Origin: Camelus ferus
Lineage: Eukaryota
Length of the DNA stretch: 64,000 nucleotides
Reading direction: 5' to 3'
Assembly (NCBI RefSeq): GCF_009834535.1
Contig: NC_045696.1
Span: forward strand, 104,038,001 to 104,102,000
Shown here: piece after piece, positions 1 to 12,972 of the stretch
Numbering within the stretch: position 1 is the first letter of the stretch
How the letters are laid out: each line of letters opens with the position of its first letter
The notes under the pieces: model-generated
The model's input: the letters and a program-made list of their open reading frames with translations, nothing else
Told to the model about the DNA's origin: nothing
The model's database searches: none
Position numbers and translations under genes: made by a program

Positions 1-740
1 TCATCACGGTTCTAGAAGTACTCGTCAAATAATGAGGTAAGAGAAGGAAGGCAGAATTGTCACCACCTGCAGAGAATATGTGTGTATACCCAGAATATCC
101 AAGAGAATCAAAAGAGACCCTACTAAAGAAATAAGAATTCAGCAAGACAGAAAAATCACTGGTAATCAAAAATCAACAGCTTCTCATGACATCTAACAAG
201 CTAGGAAATATATGGAAAGTAGGATTCCTTCCATAATGACAAGAAAAAAAGATGAAATGCCTAGGGATAAACGTAACAAGATATGTGCAAGACTTGCAAG
301 AGTAAACACTGAAGTCATACTAAAGTCATAACAGAAAACTTGAATAAATGGAAAAGACATATTTCATGTTTGCAGCGGAGGACTCAATAACTCAGAAATG
401 CCAGTTATCCCCTAAAATAATCTGTAAATGCAGTATGATCTCAATTAAAATACCAACAGGATTTGAGGGGACCGCACCAAAATGATTAACTAGGGTTTAT
501 CTGGAAAAGTAAACACGAAAGAAGAAACAGAAAAATACTGAAGTAAAGAGTAATGAGGCAGGAGCAGTCCTAATGGCTATTAAAAGATTTTAATCATGGC
601 GTTGCGGTGATTAAAACCACGTGGCACTGGTGAAGGTCTGGATGCAGGGATCAATGGAACGCCGTGTTTCTCCAAGAATCGGCAAGTAGCTGCTGCTCGT
701 GAGAAGGTGGTCTGGTGGGAAGGAAGGGCGCGGACTGCAG
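1..740 (+). mobile_element. Ancient LINE-1 (L1M) ORF2 fragment
   Basis: Degenerate L1 ORF2 landmarks: CCTAGGGATAAAC..ACAAGATATGTGCAAGAC, TGAATAAATGGAAAAGACAT, GGAGGACTCAATA, AATTAAAATACCAACAGG. Confidence 0.8.
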
Positions 741-2199
741 GGCCAGGCAGACCCGGGCCGTCCACCCGGCCTGCGTGGCCGCGGATGCCTGTGGCATCTG
801 CTCTGGGCCTGTTTTTGTTTCCTGTGACTATTGTGAGAGCTTAAGAAGGTAACGTGTAAAGTGCTCAGAATGGGGTATCAGATGTAGTGGATACTCTTTG
901 AAAGGTCGCTATTATTATCAATTTTTTAAATTTTAAAATTATTTTAACTATTGAATAGGACCACTTTGTCCTCCAGTCAGAGGCCCAATGGCACTGGCCA
1001 CACCCCAGCTCCCCATCTGGTCCTCCCTCCCTAATACAGCTGCCTGCAGATCCCCGACCCACCTCTCCTCATCTAACAGAGGGGAGGCCTGTCTCCCTCC
1101 TGAGTGGGAGACAAGCAGAGAGTCAAAGTGAGGAGGTCTTTGGAGATGTTCCCAAGAAAGCATCAAGACTTCGGGAAAAGTGAGTCTTTGAAGAGATATA
1201 TAGGCGGCCTTGGAAACTGTCTTGTTTAAAAGCCCTTTCCATGGGCCCAGGACAGTATCATTGATGCTCTTCCCCTTCTCAGGGTAGGTAAGAGCAGCGA
1301 CCGACAGCGGTAGAGATGGATGAATCCACATGATGGGCCCAGGGGCCAACAAAGGCCCTGGCCTGACTTCAGGGATGGTTAGGGCAGAGGGTCACTGGGT
1401 CACGCAGGAGCTGGGAGCTAGTGATGGAGAAACCCCATGCAGGGTGAGTGGTCTGGCCTGGTTCCAGCCACCAACACAGACTTTCAAGAAAGAATGGGAC
1501 AAAAAGAAATGGTATTTCAAGGTGATGAACCTGGAAGCCATGTACCAAAGACACCAGACTGAAGACGGGGGTACTCAGAGACAGGAAGAACCCCAGGACA
1601 CTGATGCAGCTGACTAAGAGGGAGGGGAGTAGACGATGGGCCTGTTCCAACCATGGGGCACTCCATGCATAAGAACCACAAATTTTTCAAGGGCTTTGAA
1701 AAATGTTTGAGACTTGGGGCTAATTTATGGGTTCAAAAGCTACTGAAATAAAGTTGCAAAATTAAAATTAACACATGTTTACTTAAACTGTCTACCAAAA
1801 AACAAAAAAGCATTGTGTCAAGAAGTCAAGTGCAACTCAACACAACTCAACTGACAGTTACACCTCCATTATATTTAATGTAGGATGTTGTACATTTTAA
1901 CAGGTTTGTTACGATGTTACCAAGTGTGTAGGCAGCACAAGCTGGAAAAGAGATAATACAGAGTATGGAATTAGAATCCCAAATGGTCTCCATACTCTGG
2001 GAAATTTGGCCTAGTGCAATAAGATGGAACCCATCAGGGATTGCTATCAAGTCTTGCTTTTAAGGCCTTGGAAATTAATCCAGTTGGCAGGATGTATTAT
2101 TCTGTGACATAATATTCTGTGAAAATATTATTTGGTGATATAATATTCTGCAAAAGAGAGTCACAAGCTCCCCTAGACTGGACAATGAGAGCTGCCCGC

Positions 2200-2296
2200 T
2201 CAGTTAGCTAAGACTAACAGAGACTGCATCAAAAGAAGTATGAGGTCCAAATGAAAGGAGGTGAGGTCCCACTATGACATGTGTTGGAGAGGCCAT
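2200..2296 (+). mobile_element. CR1/L3 LINE fragment
   Basis: GACTGCATCAAAAGAAGTATGAGGTCCAAATGAAAGGAGGTGAGGTCCCACT resembles the recalled L3 ORF2 consensus. Confidence 0.5.
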
Positions 2297-3499
2297 GACT
2301 CCATCACACCATCTCCCTCTTCTGATCAGTAAACATACCTGCTGCCTTATTAACCTATTCGGCCCTGGGTGGTCATCACATCCCGGGTTTGGCTCTTCTT
2401 CCAGGGGGAAGGATATAATAAGCTTCTGGCTGAGGCAGAAGAAGCCTCCAGTTCTTCTGTCTTGGGTGTTATTTCTACCCCTTCTGTGCTCTTATAGCTT
2501 CTTGAACCCAGGCCAACTCGGCCCAGACTTGCTTGCAGGGGCCTTCTGGCTGCCCCCCCATTTCGAACCTAAGAGCTCTAACAACACCACATCTGCTCCC
2601 TGGTCCTTCCTCAGCTTGGGAGAGTCCCTCTGCCCACAATGCCAGCTCCACCCTGGTTACCCCCCACCCCTACCCCCGCACAGCCTCATAAGCAGAAAGC
2701 ACTGGGGCAGATTACCTAAAATATTCCAAGGGGACCAGGCACCAAGGTTCCTGAGCCATCTCAGTGTTCCAGGTCCTGGTGGCTTCCTAGGAAGTCTGGG
2801 TAGGCAGGACCCCCCTCCCCCACTGCCATCCACTCGCCTCCCAGAGAAAAGTGAAAATTCACTCCTTCCTCCTGATGTCTGGGGCCCTGAAGTCAACAGA
2901 GCCAGATGACATTAGGATTTATATGAGTTTTGACAACATCAAGTCCCAGCAAAGTCTCAGGGGAGCGGGAAAGGGAGCAGGTGGGGGAGCGGAATGAATA
3001 AGTCTGTTCTGAGCCCCAGGACAGCCTCTTCCATTATGCATTTGTATTCATCCTGTAGCCATGGCGCTCCAGGCAGCGACCCAAACAATACAGAGGACAC
3101 AGCTGTTGAGGAGCTTACAGTCTCAAATTTTCCGCCTCAGAGTAGCCCGGAAATCCCTTCCTGAACATGCCCTCCGCAGTCTCGGCGGCAGAGCGGTCCT
3201 CTCCTGGGGCGCCACAGGGGGCTGCGGCATCGCACCCAGCACCAGGCGCGGCTCTGTGCGGCAGCCCCGCCTGCCTGGGCCTCCCGTCCCCACCGCTGCC
3301 TCAGGCAGGCCCAGGCCCAGGAGATGGGCCATGCCATCCTTCAAGTGGGAACAGGCTAGTCATGTCTGGTTGGGGAGCAGAACATATAGTTAGAGAGTCA
3401 AGAGTTCATCCGACACACTTTCTCATGAAACGCTTCCCTGGTGGCCCATGAGGCCACTGCCAAATCCCCCCATGTTCTCTGAGAAGGAAAGTGCAGCCA

Positions 3500-3790
3500 C
3501 AGAGAGAAAGTATAGGGTTGGGGACAAGAGAGGCACAGGCAGGAGGGTGGAGGTGACACTAGGAAGTGCTCTTCCTCCAGCTACTGCAGTGAGTGACTCA
3601 GGCATAACCCCGGGGACCAGGAGACACTCAGCCTGATCCCACTCAAGGGGACGAGGGAGCTGGGGTGTTTATACCCCAACCTCCAGACAGTGATTGCATG
3701 CTGCCCCGGGCAGTCAGAGGCACAGCATGCTCCCAGGGCAAGAGGAAGCCTTCAGAGCTGTTGCATGTATGGAGTTCAGGCCAGTGGGCA
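3500..3790. mobile_element. ERVL LTR33-like fragment
   Basis: ATCCCACTCAAGGGGACGAGGGAGCTGGGGTGTTTATACCCCAAC resembles the recalled LTR33 consensus. Confidence 0.5.
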
Positions 3791-5059
3791 ACGGGGGTCA
3801 GATTTAGAGTGACAGGGCCTCCACTAGTCTCAGTCCTACCAGGTGACCAGCCCCCTCCTCAGGGTGTGATAAAGTGGTTTCCACTTGTTTGTTACAGGAC
3901 TTCTGAGGTGGGTTTAAAAAAAAAGGTTAGGAGCAAACACAAGACCCAACCTGTGTTCTCTTTGGGCTGACTAAAAAATTGCCTCCTCTGAGAAGCCTTC
4001 CTTGAGCGCAGAGCACAGACATGTGTGGAGGGAGCAGCTGTGCAGCTCAGCTCGCTCGGCGGTGAGTGTGGGCACAAGGAGCCGCCCCATCCCACCACAC
4101 TTGCTTGGTGAGGGCAGGCAGAGTGCCTCCTTGGGATGCCCTGTGGGGGCAGCGCGGACCTGCGCACAGCTGGAGCACGCATTCCAGGGTTCACCATGTT
4201 CCCAAGCACCTACTCTGTGCAGGGTCATGGTGGAGGGAAAGGCAGACAGTGCCCAATGGGGGTGGGAGGGCCGGGGCCAGAGAACAAGGGCTGCCAGTGG
4301 GAGCCAGGGGAGGATGAGGAGGATGGACTGGAGCTATGTCAGAGGCAGAGGGTGACCGCTGGGCTCCAACTGGCCCTGGACAGACAGGTTGCCACAAATA
4401 TTGTTCTAGAAACAGCACGATCACGCTGGACTACCAGTAACTAAAGGGAACCAGGCCAGGCCAGGGTGGCATTTGTCAGATGTCATCAGTGTGCTGCGCA
4501 CCTGGCTGCCTTTTTTTTTAGACACCACCACGTTCAAGCCCCCATCATCCCAGGAGAAGGGGCCCCTACTTCCCAGAAGAGAAAACTGAGGCCCAGAACA
4601 TGGCAGAGACTTCCTAAGGTCACACAGGAGGTTTATGTGCTATTAGGGGAGGGGGACGTTTGGCCAGAGTTTGGCCAGGCGTGGCTCAGGCTGCAGATGG
4701 CCAAGGGAGTGGGCACATGGTGCTTCACACCCAGCTGGTAAAGAAGACCCTTGGCTTCCAGTCTGAGCCTCTTGCAGAGGTGGAGCTGCTCATAAAAATG
4801 TCTATGTGCATGATGAATGTGAGTGTGGGAGGGTGGAGGAGGGGCGGGCATGGCTGAGCCTGGCAGCTAGCACACAGCCCTTCTCCAGCACTGCAGGGTA
4901 GCGAGGTGGCTCTGGAGATCCGGAAGCTTCCCCAGCTGTGACTAATCCACTGTGGCCTCGAGCCCAGCTTAACCTCTCTGGGCCTCCTCTTTGTCACCTA
5001 AGATCAAACCTTCTGATGAATTAAATTACACCTCAGTTAGTATAGCAGAATAAGCATGT

Positions 5060-5280
5060 TTTTGAAATAAGATAGACTCTGGTTTGGATCCTGGCTCTGC
5101 CACTTATTAGCTGAGTGACCTTGGGCAAGTTAAGTGACCTCTCTGAGCCCCTATTACCTCATCTACAAAGTAGAAAAGGAAGTCGCGTCTGCTCGGCAGA
5201 TTTGCCGGAAAGACTTACAATATGAAAAGTGCTTACCACAATGTATGGCGTTACTACATATTTTATTATTGTTGTCATCG
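5060..5280 (+). mobile_element. MIR SINE
   Basis: CTGGTTTGGATCCTGGCTCTGCCACTTATTAGCTGAGTGACCTTGGGCAAGTT..CTCTCTGAGCC..CTCATCTACAAA core. Confidence 0.8.
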
Positions 5281-7369
5281 TCATTATGTCCAGCTGGCAT
5301 TTTTAGGTTTAAGTTCCAAGAAGCCTTGATTTCTTCCTACAGACTCCATTACGAAAGGGATCAGTCTCATCTCCCTGCATGACCTCTGCCAGTGTTCCCA
5401 CATCACTGGGGCTGCCCACCTCCCACCTCCCCTTCCCCTCCCTGAGTGGGGACCCTGGCACCTCTCATCTCCAAGGAGGCCAGGCTCAGCCCTGCCACCA
5501 CCCCCCTGCCCAGAGCCACAGTGCAGCCCACAGCCCGCCTCTGAGCAGGGCTGAGGGAGGGAGGGAGAGGAGAAAGAGCACAAGCCCCATCATCAGACTG
5601 TCCTGGAAACAGCTCTGTGATCTTGGGCAAGTTGCTTTACCTCTCTGAGCATCTAAAAATGGGGAAAGCAGCCCCTCTCTGCAGTGGAGCAGGGGTGAAG
5701 GAGTTGATAAGATACAGAGTGTACACTGGCACACAGGAAGGGCTCCCTCTTGGTGAAGGGAGCACTGCCTCCTCTCTCCCTGTCTTAGGTGAGTGCCGGG
5801 TTGCTCACCAAGCCTCAGTTTTCCTCCCTGCTCTTCCTGTTCCAGGGAGCTGAGTGCTGGACACTCACTCTGAGCAGCAAGCAAACCTGGGGGGCCCTTG
5901 GAGATTCTGGGAATCCCATGGCAGGGGACTGAGCCCCCAGCCCAGCCATTCCTCTAGAGGAGCAGCTCGTGGGCCATGCATGTCCAAGCCAGCAGCTGCC
6001 TGTGCAGGGCCCCGCTCCCCTAAGCTGCTCCAGCAGTCTAGCTGCGTCCCTGCCTCAAGCCTCCCTCCCGGTGCGCAGGGACATACAGAGGTGCTAACTG
6101 TATCAGTGATGATGGCCTTCGATGCAGTAAGTTCTAATCAATCCTTTGTGACTGACCACCTGATGACGGTTGAGAATGGAAGACGTGGTTAGTGAGGGAG
6201 AAGGGCTTGGCTGAAGGCAGGTTGATTTCACCCTGGAAGTCCCCCTTTTGTTTGCTAATAATAATATCATCTGCTATTCATCAAGTCCTGTTTTGTGCCA
6301 CTCACCCTACATATGTTATTTCCAGTCCACAAATGATACTGAGAATCAAGGGTGACCCCCTCCACCTTGTGGCAAAGGAAGATGAAGTTCAAAAAGGTGA
6401 AATAACCTGCACCAGGTCTCCCAGGTGGGGATCAAGGAAGCTGAGATTTGAACCCCACTCAGCTTGACACAAAGCCAACTCAGGCTCCCCGTCCCTATGC
6501 TGCTAACTCGGGGTTCAGCTTCGTCCAAAGTTTGTTCACTGCTGTGTTGGACAATACTCTGACCACTAAGATAAGCCGCAGCGGGCCGGGCTGGCCCCGG
6601 CGAATGCCGGTTTTGCTGAATGAGCTAGGATGGGAATGAGCTGTGCTTCCGCATCTGCTTTTAAAAGGACGTTGTCCAACAAAAGGAAGTTGCCCTGCCC
6701 TGTCACCACCGCTGTAGGTGTCAGACTGGGTCCCCTGGTCTTGCGCCACGAACTTTGGCCCCTGGCACCACCTGCGGTGGGCACTGCCACCGTGGCTTGT
6801 CCCGCACAGAGCTGCCGTGCACATTCTCTTGGGCAAGCAGCACCTGCTCGGCTTACTTCAGGCGCTTGTCAGCGTTAACAAGCTGTGGCAGGAAGATCAG
6901 AGAAGCAAGAGTCTGGCATCTCCACTAGAGCTCTGGCTTCATCACTAACATGCGGTGGAGAGCCGGGCACCTCCCTTATCCTCTCTGAACCCCAGGCTTC
7001 TCCCTTGCCAGATGGGGGTAAGTGTGTCCTGTCTTCTTGCTCAGGACACTGTGCAGGGTCAAAAACGATAGGAAGTGGATTTAAATGTTGAAAAGCACTT
7101 GTAAATAAGAGGCATTATGCTTGTTGAGACAATAATCTCTACCATTAATAATAACTCGTTTATGGTGTTCCTACTCTGTGGCATTTGTTATTAAAGGCTT
7201 TATTTACATGTACTGTCTCACATAATCTTCACAACAGCCCTTATGAGGTAGTTGTGGTTTCTAGCCCCATTTTACAGAAGGAGAAGCTGAGGCTTGGTTT
7301 CTAAGCATTACAGTGCCCCAAGGCTGGGTCCTGGGTCCTCTTCTCCCCAGAAGATTTCGCACTGTGTCT

Positions 7370-8300
7370 TGGGTATAAAAACCATCTGAATGCTGGACCT
7401 CACCCCTGCACTCCACACGCAACTGCTGACACAGCACCTCCTCCTGACTGCCCGATGGGCGTCTCAGCACTCCCGTGTCCAAAGTCGGGCTCCTGACCGC
7501 CAACCCCAACCTGCAGTCTTTCACATACCAGTCAATGGCACCTCCGTACTTCTAGCTGCTTGGGTCCCAATTCTGGGATCATCCTCAACTCCTTGACTCT
7601 TCTCTTCCTCTCACCCTCTATGGCAAGTTCTGTCGGCCCCACTCTCAGAAGACCTCCAGCATCAGCTACTATCCTGATCAAAGCCACCAGCGTCTCTCAT
7701 TTGTTCCGAAACAGCCTCCTAGCTGCCCTCCCTGCTTCTGCCCTGGCTCCCCTACAATTTATTCCCAAGATTGCAGTTCAAGTGATCCTGCTAAAACCTA
7801 AGGCAAATCATGCCACTTCTCTTCCCAAGAGTCTGGTGTGCCTCCCCCCATGCCCGGTTCCTCTCTGGCCTCACCCCCTGCTCCTCTTTCCTTCGCCTTT
7901 TGTTTCCAGCATATGTGACCATGTGACTCAGGGCCTGTGCACCTGCTGTTACTTCTCCGTGGATCCCCTTCCCAGATACACCCCTACGGCTCATTCCCTC
8001 TACTTTTTCAAGTTCTTTGCTCAAACATCACTTTCTCAACAAGGCTTTCCTTAACCACCCTATTTAAAATTGCAAACTCCAGCTTCTTCCAACACATTCT
8101 AGCCCTTTCACCACTTTATTTTTCTCCATAGCACTTATCAGTAACTAACAGTTTACTAACATTTATTGGCTGATTGTCTATCTCTACCTACTAAAATATA
8201 AGCTTCATAAGGACAGGGATTTTTGTCTGTTTTATATCCCCAGTGCACTGAATAGTGATTGGCACATAGTAGGTGCTCAATTAGCATGTGCAGAATGAAA
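7370..8300 (+). mobile_element. LINE-2 3' segment (L2a-like)
   Basis: Pyrimidine-rich L2 body ending with TATAAGCTTCATAAGGACAGGGATTTTTGTCTG...GGCACATAGTAGGTGCTCAAT...GAATGAA. Confidence 0.85.
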
Positions 8301-9578
8301 AATTTCTTTAAAAATTACTTGCCCAGGGTCACACGGTAGGAGAATTGGGGTTTAAATTCTGGGCTGAGCCTGTGTGTATTCCCAATATGAGGGGCAGGAG
8401 AAAAGAGAGAGTGAACTGTTCTGCTTAGTGTCTCCCTTAATTTATAAGCAGGGAGAAGGTGTAGGTGGCCAGCATCACCCAAGACTAGTGTTCATGAATG
8501 TCCGCATCCCTCCCACAAGCAGAAGTGACTACATCTGACCACGGCTTTAAAGAAGCAAGAAGAGAATTCCAAGCAGGCTCTGCAGTGACGTTCCCAAGAT
8601 CACCCAGCTGATTAGTGGCAGAGCTGTCTACACCCACATGTTCTGAAAAGATTTCTCTGAAATCCCTGAAAATTGGTTTTTCAAAGATAGCTGGCTTTTT
8701 ACAAATTCCCTAAGGAATAAGGTAAGGGCTTCTGTCCAAGTGTGTCCGTCATCTCATCTAGTTCCTGACCCTGAGGCTGCTGGCAGACACAGGGCTGCTT
8801 GTGAAAGTCTGGGATGAAAGAATTCACTGCAGTTGAGGATGAGTTGTTAGAAGCACCATATCTGCTGCCTGTCCTACACATACCCCCATCACACCTCCAC
8901 ACCTTTGCTCTAACAGTCCCCATGGCTTGTCTTGCTCCTTCAGGTTCCACTCAACTTGGCAGAAGTCCCTTCCTCAGCAGAGCCCTCCTTGATTGGATAT
9001 CTGTGTCCCCTGTGTGCCCTCTGTCCCCTTTCTGAGGTCTGCGGGAACCTGAGGCTCTTACTGGACTGTTCTACCCTGTTGGACATATGGAGTAGACCAG
9101 GTCGGCCCATCTTTGCAGCTGCAAGGGCCCAGCCCAGGTCTGGTCTGCTGGGGGAGGTGGAGAAGGCTCAGGACAGTGCATTCTGACCAACTGGACGAGG
9201 ATGAGGGTTTGTCACACACTCCCCGTCCTTGAGGACCAGTAACCTCTATCTGGGGTTGGTCCCATGCTTGGGGGATGTGGGCACCCCCACAAGCAGGATC
9301 AATGTCACCAGGAAGGGCTCCTAGGTGCCCTGACCAGCACCCAAAATCCCCCTGCATTGTTTCACCCAGTCGTGAAGGAAGCACATTGCAGAATGGTCCC
9401 ATTTGTGGATTTTCTTTTTTACTTCACTCAGTAAATTTTCTAAATAGATGGAATAAGACAAGCATAAAGGGAACAAGATATGAATCTAGAAATCAGTATT
9501 CAGATATGGATACAGATGTACTTTTGTACTCCTGAAACACGGCTGAGATGCCCTACAAGGAAGTAGTGAGGGTGAGCC

Positions 9579-9880
9579 TGTCTTAGCTGGGGTCCCCCTG
9601 AGACGAGGCTTTGGGTGCAGGTAGTTTTGGGGGGAGGTGATCTCAAGAAATAAATATGAGGGGGAGGGGAGAGTAATACAGGGGAGGGAGGAAGACGAGA
9701 GAAGGTGTGTTAGTGAGTCCATACAGCTGGGGGCGCCTGGGGCTCGCGCTCAGACCCCCTGAGCAGCTGTGTAGGATGCGCCTCAGAACTGTCCTCCTGG
9801 AGGCTGGGGAGCCGCGCACTTGTCCACTGACTACTGCACCCGCAATGGCTAAGGGGTGCCCCCAAGGGTATGTCCAGGTT
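9579..9880. mobile_element. ERVL LTR33-like solo LTR fragment
   Basis: TGTCTTAGCTGGGGTCCCCCTGAGACGAGGCTTTGGGTGCAGGTAGTTTTGGGGGGAGGTGATC...TGTGTAGGATGCGCCTCAGAACT. Confidence 0.65.
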
Positions 9881-11309
9881 GTACCTGTGTCTGGCTGAGT
9901 GGGGGAAAGCAGAGCAGATGGATGCCGCCCGGGAGGAGCCCCTGGGCCCTAGGACCACCCAACACCCTGGGCCAAGGGAATGGGGTGTGGGCGCCCCATA
10001 AGTCGGCTAGGAAGTGGGGATGGCTAGAGAGCACTTAGGCTTTTCACAATGACATCCTTTTGTGAGTGTTGATTTGGAGAGAACATTAAGCACAAAGAAG
10101 CAAGAAATTCACTTCTCCTGCCACCCAGATAACCTGCCTGGAGTACAGCCTCCCAGCACTATTTTTTATAGTGTGGATGAACGCAGTCCCTGTAACTGTA
10201 GGCCCTCTTTGTGTGTCCCCACGTGACATGGATAACGTCCCATCAGGAGCAGGTGCTAGGGGCTCTGCTTTCCAGGAGAAGAGGCTGCTGGTCCACTTCC
10301 AGGTCAGGCTTGGGAAGGAGTCTGCGGCCCAGATGGAACTCCGAAGGCAATGAGGCCCCAGCGGGCCAGCCCCCCAGCCCGCGGTGCAGAGCCTCGGGCC
10401 CAGCCACTAAACCCAGCGCTGCCCAAGCAGCCAGCAGGGCCTTAAATCTCCACCCCGGGGTCACTTCCATTTTCCAGTTCACTGAGCACGACCAAACTTT
10501 TGCTTCCTAAAGAAAAGTCTATCCTTCAAGGTTGTAAGCGCAGAGGTGTCCCAGCCCTACCCCACAGACAAGGCTGCAGACTCCTGAAGTAAGTGGCTGG
10601 AGACACTCACCACCCCCACCCCCGCCCCCTGCCTACATCTGCCTTGGGGTGTGGGCTTGGCACTCAGCTCGGGGCCCAGACCCAGCCCTGCCACTCCCGC
10701 TCCCGGCTGGGCAAGCTCAGGGGAGCTACTTCACCCCTGCAGCCTCTGCTTCCTCACCCACTACCCAGGACAATCTGAGGATCAAACAAGATCGTGGACG
10801 GAAAGCAGCCGCCACAGTGCCTGACATGGTTGGGACCCCAGAACTCGGGGCCCCTCTAGCACACCCTGCACTTTTCGCCTCCTGCTGGGTTCCTCCTCCT
10901 GGGCTACCTTCCTTCGTGGTCTGTCTCCCTCCACCCTATTCTCCAGTCTTGTCTGCGCCCAGTTCACGATCCCCCCACCCCTCCCTCTGCTAACTGACAG
11001 GGAAGCCTCTGGACACCTGGCTTTCTCCATGCTCCCCCATCCCCTCCCGTGACTCCCACTGCCTACCAGCAGAAGTCTATACTCCACAGCAAGGGTCAGG
11101 GTCCTACGTGGGACATGGGCTCAGAAGCCCTGGTCCTCTGTGTCACATGACACCTCAGGGGCAGCTGTCCCTGAAGCTCTGGGCCAGCTCCACCCCAGCC
11201 CTTCCCCCCTTGAACCCAGGGCCTGCTCCTCTTCAGGACCAACGTTCCCATGCAGGACAGCACAGGCTGGGGGTCAGCTGACCCAGGCCAAATGTCATCT
11301 TCATTTTTC

Positions 11310-12030
11310 TCCATCTGTGTGACCCCAGGCAAGTCCCTGAGCCTCATTTTCCCTAAGGGGAACGTCACTGGCAACCTAGTTCTCCAGTGTTCTTATGAGG
11401 TAAAGAAGCTGACAACAGAGCCTGGGACCCAGTATCATTATTATAACTGTCACCATAGTGCTGACTTATTGAGTGTATCCTACGTGTCATTTTACAGCTA
11501 TTCTGTCACTAATCCTCACTCTGCAAGGCAGGTCCTATTATCCTTGTTTTTTTTTTTTTTTCCACAAATGAGGAAACTAGGGCCCAAAGGAATAAATCAC
11601 GTGGAACCCTAGCCCAGCCCTGCCTGGTCCCAAAGGCTGTGCTCTTCAGCCTCTTACATGCACATATGTGCCCAGTGTGTAAGCCCTTTATGTACATATT
11701 ACAACATGTATGAGCCTTACAACAGCCCTTCAAATTGATACTATTATTATCTCTATATCACAGATAAGGAAACAAAGGAACTGAGAGGTTAAGTAACATA
11801 CACAAGGTCACACAGCAACCAGCAGCAGAGCCAGAATTGGAACCCAGGCAGTTTGAGGCCAGAGCCTGTGCTCCTAATTGCTACCTTCTGTATCTCTTCC
11901 CTCCTTTACCTTCTCTTATTTCATGTGATCCTCCCAGCAACCCCTCCAGACAGGTAGTTTTAATCCCATTTCACAGCTAAGGAAACTGGGGCTCTGACAC
12001 ACAGCAGGTATGAAATTCAACCAGGAGACA
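11310..12030. mobile_element. Cluster of MIR SINE fragments in both orientations
   Basis: Several MIR cores, e.g. ACAGATAAGGAAAC..GAGAGGTTAAGTAAC..CAAGGTCACACAGC, CAAATGAGGAAACT, TGTGTGACCCCAGGCAAGTC. Confidence 0.75.
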
Positions 12031-12529
12031 ATGCATTTCCAGCTGTGAAAATAAAATGGCTCAGAACTTTCCTCAAATTCTTTGTAATATATTCTGGAAA
12101 AGCTCTCAGATGGGGGTGGGGCTGCAGCTACCTTGGTACACTGTATTCCTGCCTTGTCTTCCTAGTCCGTGCTCTAACAGCACAGCCCATTCTGCAGACT
12201 CTAGGCTTGCTGAAGGGCACTGGATGCCTTAAGGAGGCTGTAGATCAGAAACAAAATCAAACTGCAGAGCACCAAGAAACCCTTCACCTAGAATCCTGCT
12301 CAGCTCTCGGGCTTTGGAGAGTGGCTGGCCGTGTGTTTGGCTCTGTTTGCAGGAACTGCACCGAACACCTTGGGAATCCCTGGGGAGAGAACCTCCTGGC
12401 AGTAGACCAGCAAGACAAACACTGGGATGCATGCTGTTGGCTCCATGCCCACAATGAAAGGAGACATCATTAACTGAGCGTGTTCTTTCCCACAGAGGTA
12501 AGGTAGGGCCTCTGGTTCCTCTGCAGAAC

Positions 12530-12972
12530 AATGTGCTAGGCAGCAAATATTATCAGAACTACATTTTTCAGCTTCCTTGCAGCTAAGAGTGGTATATGAT
12601 CACCTTCTAACCATTGGGCAAAAAGCAGAAGTGGAGGAGGGTATTTCTGAAACATCTTTTTTAAGGCGAGACAGTGTGCCCTCCAGCTCTTCCATCCTAC
12701 TGCCTGGAATGAGGGTGCCAAGGCTGGAGGTTTGGCAGTCACTCAGGGCCATGAGGTACATTTGAGCACGGAAATCACAAGCTGGGAAGGCAGAGCAGCA
12801 GGCAGGTGGGGCCTGGGGCACTGATCACCTCACAGAGCCCCACAATATCCTTGGATTGCCTGTTTCCAGACTTGTCTTAAATGAGAGCGAAATGAACCTC
12901 TACTTGTATTTAAGCCGGTATTATTAGGGATTTGGGGTTGCATACAATCAAACCTAATTCGTACTGATCTAC
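12530..12972 (+). mobile_element. MLT1 (ERVL-MaLR) solo LTR, old subfamily
   Basis: CTGCCTGGAATGAGGGTG..GGCTGGAGGT, TGGATTGCCTGTTTCCAGACTT, TATTTAAGCC...TACTGATCTAC end pattern. Confidence 0.65.

Noticed and set aside
2274..2909. 211-aa ORF, and similar 100-185 aa ORFs elsewhere (e.g. 7560-8054, 45217-45774)
   Set aside because: Low-complexity translations, several overlapping L2/MIR remnants; no homology or exon signals.
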